A DNA stretch of 63,354 nt, filler included, from Sphacelaria rigidula (Eukaryota): the NCBI GenBank assembly GCA_964200075.2. It is 10 parts of 10 records of this genome, joined end to end, with 100 filler letters (N's around TTAATTAATTAA, not from the genome) between each part and the next. Parts side by side here need not be neighbours in the genome. Positions count along the whole stretch, not along the records: positions 57,111 to 63,354 come from CAXNAA020021267.1; 9 more parts are not named here. One strand, 5' to 3'. A program made the position numbers and the translations under genes. Position 1 is the stretch's first letter, and each line of letters starts with the position of its first letter. The notes under the pieces were generated by a model, which saw only the letters and a program-made list of their open reading frames with translations, searched no databases and was not told where the DNA came from. Below, in pieces: positions 61,301-63,354 of this stretch.

Positions 61301-63290
61301 GGGGGGCAGGGAGGGCTGGAGACAGGGGAAGTAGAGACGGCTGATCCGGGAGGGGATGATGAGGTAAAGTCGATTGGGCCAGGAGGGCATGGTGATGTAG
61401 AGTCGATTGGGCCGGGAGAGCAGGAAGTAGAGGCGGAGGCACCTCCTCCAGCCGCTCGTCGTCCGAGGTATGTCGCTGAGCTTGCCACGTTCAATACTGA
61501 TGCGCGTGAGAATGATGAATCAAGAGAAGGTAGAACTCGTGCGCAAACTCGTGCCATAAATCAACAGAGCGTGTCTGGCCTTGTGGCCACCCCAGGACAC
61601 ATCTCCGCATCAGAGATAATGTATGCACTCTTAGCGGAACAGAGAGCAGGTGACGCCGTGGAATTGCCGAAAGAACTTGTTCAGGATGTCGAGTCAGAGC
61701 CTGGTAGCTGTCAAGAAGCCCGGCAATCGAAGCACGCAAAGATTTGGGATGGAGCAATGTCTGCAGAAGTTGAAGGCTTGATAAGAGCAGGAACGTTGAC
61801 GTTAGCAGTAGAGATCCCAGGAGGCTGCAATGTGATTGATGCTAGATAGGCTTTCGAATAGAAAGCAGACGAAACACGGAAGGTAGTGAACGCCAAAGCT
61901 AGGGTTGTAGCGAAGGGCTTCAAGCAGAAGTGTGGTGTGGACTATCTTGAAACTTTCTCGGCGGAAGATAGTTAAGGCCAAGGCTAGGGTTGTATCGAAG
62001 GGCTTCAAGCAGAAGTATGGTGTGGACCATCTTGAAACTTTCTCGCCTAGTGCAAATGCTGCATCGATGCGATTGCTAGCAGCGTTGGCGTGCAAGTACA
62101 ACTCGGAATTACTCCACTGGGACATTGAGCAAGCGTTTGTTCAGTCAGAATTGGATCACCAGGTGTTCATGAAGTTACCTCCTGGCTGCTGTTCGATGTC
62201 AGGAAGGGTTGTCCGTTTGAACGAGAATTTGTACAGATTGAGGGTAGAACATTTTGCAAGAGGCTAGTGTCGGACCCGAAAAGTATTGGTTTCCAGCAGT
62301 CTCTATCTGACCCCTGTGCCCTGCGTTTCATGATGCGAGACGAGATCGTGGGTTTAGTCGTGATTGACGTGGATGACATTCTGTATGCAGGAAACTTAGA
62401 GTCTTGCCAAGGTGGTGGTGAAATCCCTAGTCGAGTTCTTTCTTGGTTGCGCATTTATTCGCGACCGCGAGGCTAGCACGATTGAGAATTCTCAAGAAAG
62501 TTACATCAGGAGTGTTCTGGAGAGATTTAATATTTGTCGTACCAGCTCGATCCCTGCTTCCCTTACCACGATAACAGGTCCTTAATGGAGGATGAGGCGG
62601 CAGGAGATGTGCCGTTCCGAGAGGTGGTGGGGAGCCTGATGTGGATCGCCAACCAGACAAGGCCCGACATCTCGAATGCTATGCGGGCGGTGGCGAGGCA
62701 TTCTCACGAGCCAAAGAAGAGCCACTGGAAGGCAGTCCAGAAAATTCTAAATTATCTTCTGGAAACGGCACATCTAATTCTGAATTTCAAGCAGGACAGT
62801 ACGGTAGACGTCGGCACGTTGGTGTACGTAGATGCCGACTTTGCAAGCAAGGCCACTGACCGTAGATCAGTTTCGGGAGCGTTGGTTTTTGTGGCTACCG
62901 TGCTTGTAGTTTGGATTTCTAGACGCAGAAATGCGTTTCACAGTCGACTTCTGAAGCAGAGTATCTCGCGATGGGTGATGGTGTGAAAGAGGCTCTGTTC
63001 GTGAACGGAATGCTTCAGCTCTTGAGGCCTAGTGTGTAGCCTCGTAGGATTGAAGTACTTGAGCACAACGAGGGTGCGATTGCGCTTGCATAGAATCCAC
63101 TTAACTCGTGCAGGAGTAAGCACGTTGACGTGATGCACCACTTCCTTAGGAATTTGACCGAGGAGGGTGTGATCAAGATCACGCATGTTCCCAGCGAAGA
63201 ACAGCATACGTATATCCTCACGAAGGCTTTGCCGAGAGATCTTTCCAGAGTTCACCGCGATATCGCCCTTGGCTTGAGAAATGAGAAGTA
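58374..63290 (+). mobile_element. Decayed Ty1/copia LTR retrotransposon internal region (gag-PR-IN-RT-RH)
   Basis: gag PVFDG...YPSW; protease ADTGTAFHMT (about 59720); H..H/C..C pre-integrase; integrase FVDL, RSDNGGEF, PQYNGVAER; RT KARVVSKGFKQ, DIEQAFVQ, DVDDIL; RNase H DADFA, RRSVSG, SKHVDV. IN precedes RT (copia order). Many stops and frameshifts; LTRs not identified. Confidence 0.95.
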
Positions 63291-63354
63291 GAAGTCTGAG
63301 TCATGATTTGGTTCCGTAATATTTGTATTTGGTCTGGTAAATACAACAGCCCCA

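Noticed and set aside
25050..63290. Recombinase, ankyrin, peptidase, TraB and RT as a linked defence-like system
   Set aside because: Each lies on a different unlinked contig; the RT and recombinase are ordinary eukaryotic transposon parts.

Overview
This is not one locus. It is ten unrelated contigs of 6244-6246 bp, sorted by length and joined by artificial 100-bp linkers (44 N + TTAATTAATTAA + 44 N). Contigs: 1-6246, 6347-12592, 12693-18938, 19039-25284, 25385-31630, 31731-37975, 38076-44320, 44421-50665, 50766-57010, 57111-63354. The DNA is intron-rich, repeat-rich eukaryotic nuclear sequence, by inference a photosynthetic stramenopile and probably a brown alga (GT-AG exons in kb-long introns, CCCTAA repeats, an ASAF-type plastid motif). 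Partial genes with phase-consistent exons: an S9B dipeptidyl peptidase (5 exons), V-ATPase subunit E (2), a TraB-family protein (3) and an ankyrin-repeat protein (2). There is also a 2.2-kb low-complexity terminal exon and a few orphan exon candidates. Mobile DNA: a decayed Ty1/copia element, a DIRS/Ngaro-type tyrosine recombinase fragment, two tRNA-headed SINE families, MITE families with 4-bp TSDs, and a short retroposon-like family that inserts at poly(C) tracts. Best leads: (1) the TraB protein carries an intron-split twin-arginine signal after a plastid transit-like peptide, implying a thylakoid-lumen location; (2) the poly(C)-targeting retroposon, one copy of which has a perfect 11-bp TSD; (3) a central domain shared by SINE families with different tails; (4) Sola2-like MITEs including a composite unit. 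No prokaryotic system or CRISPR array is supported. All homology calls are from motif recognition by eye, not database searches.
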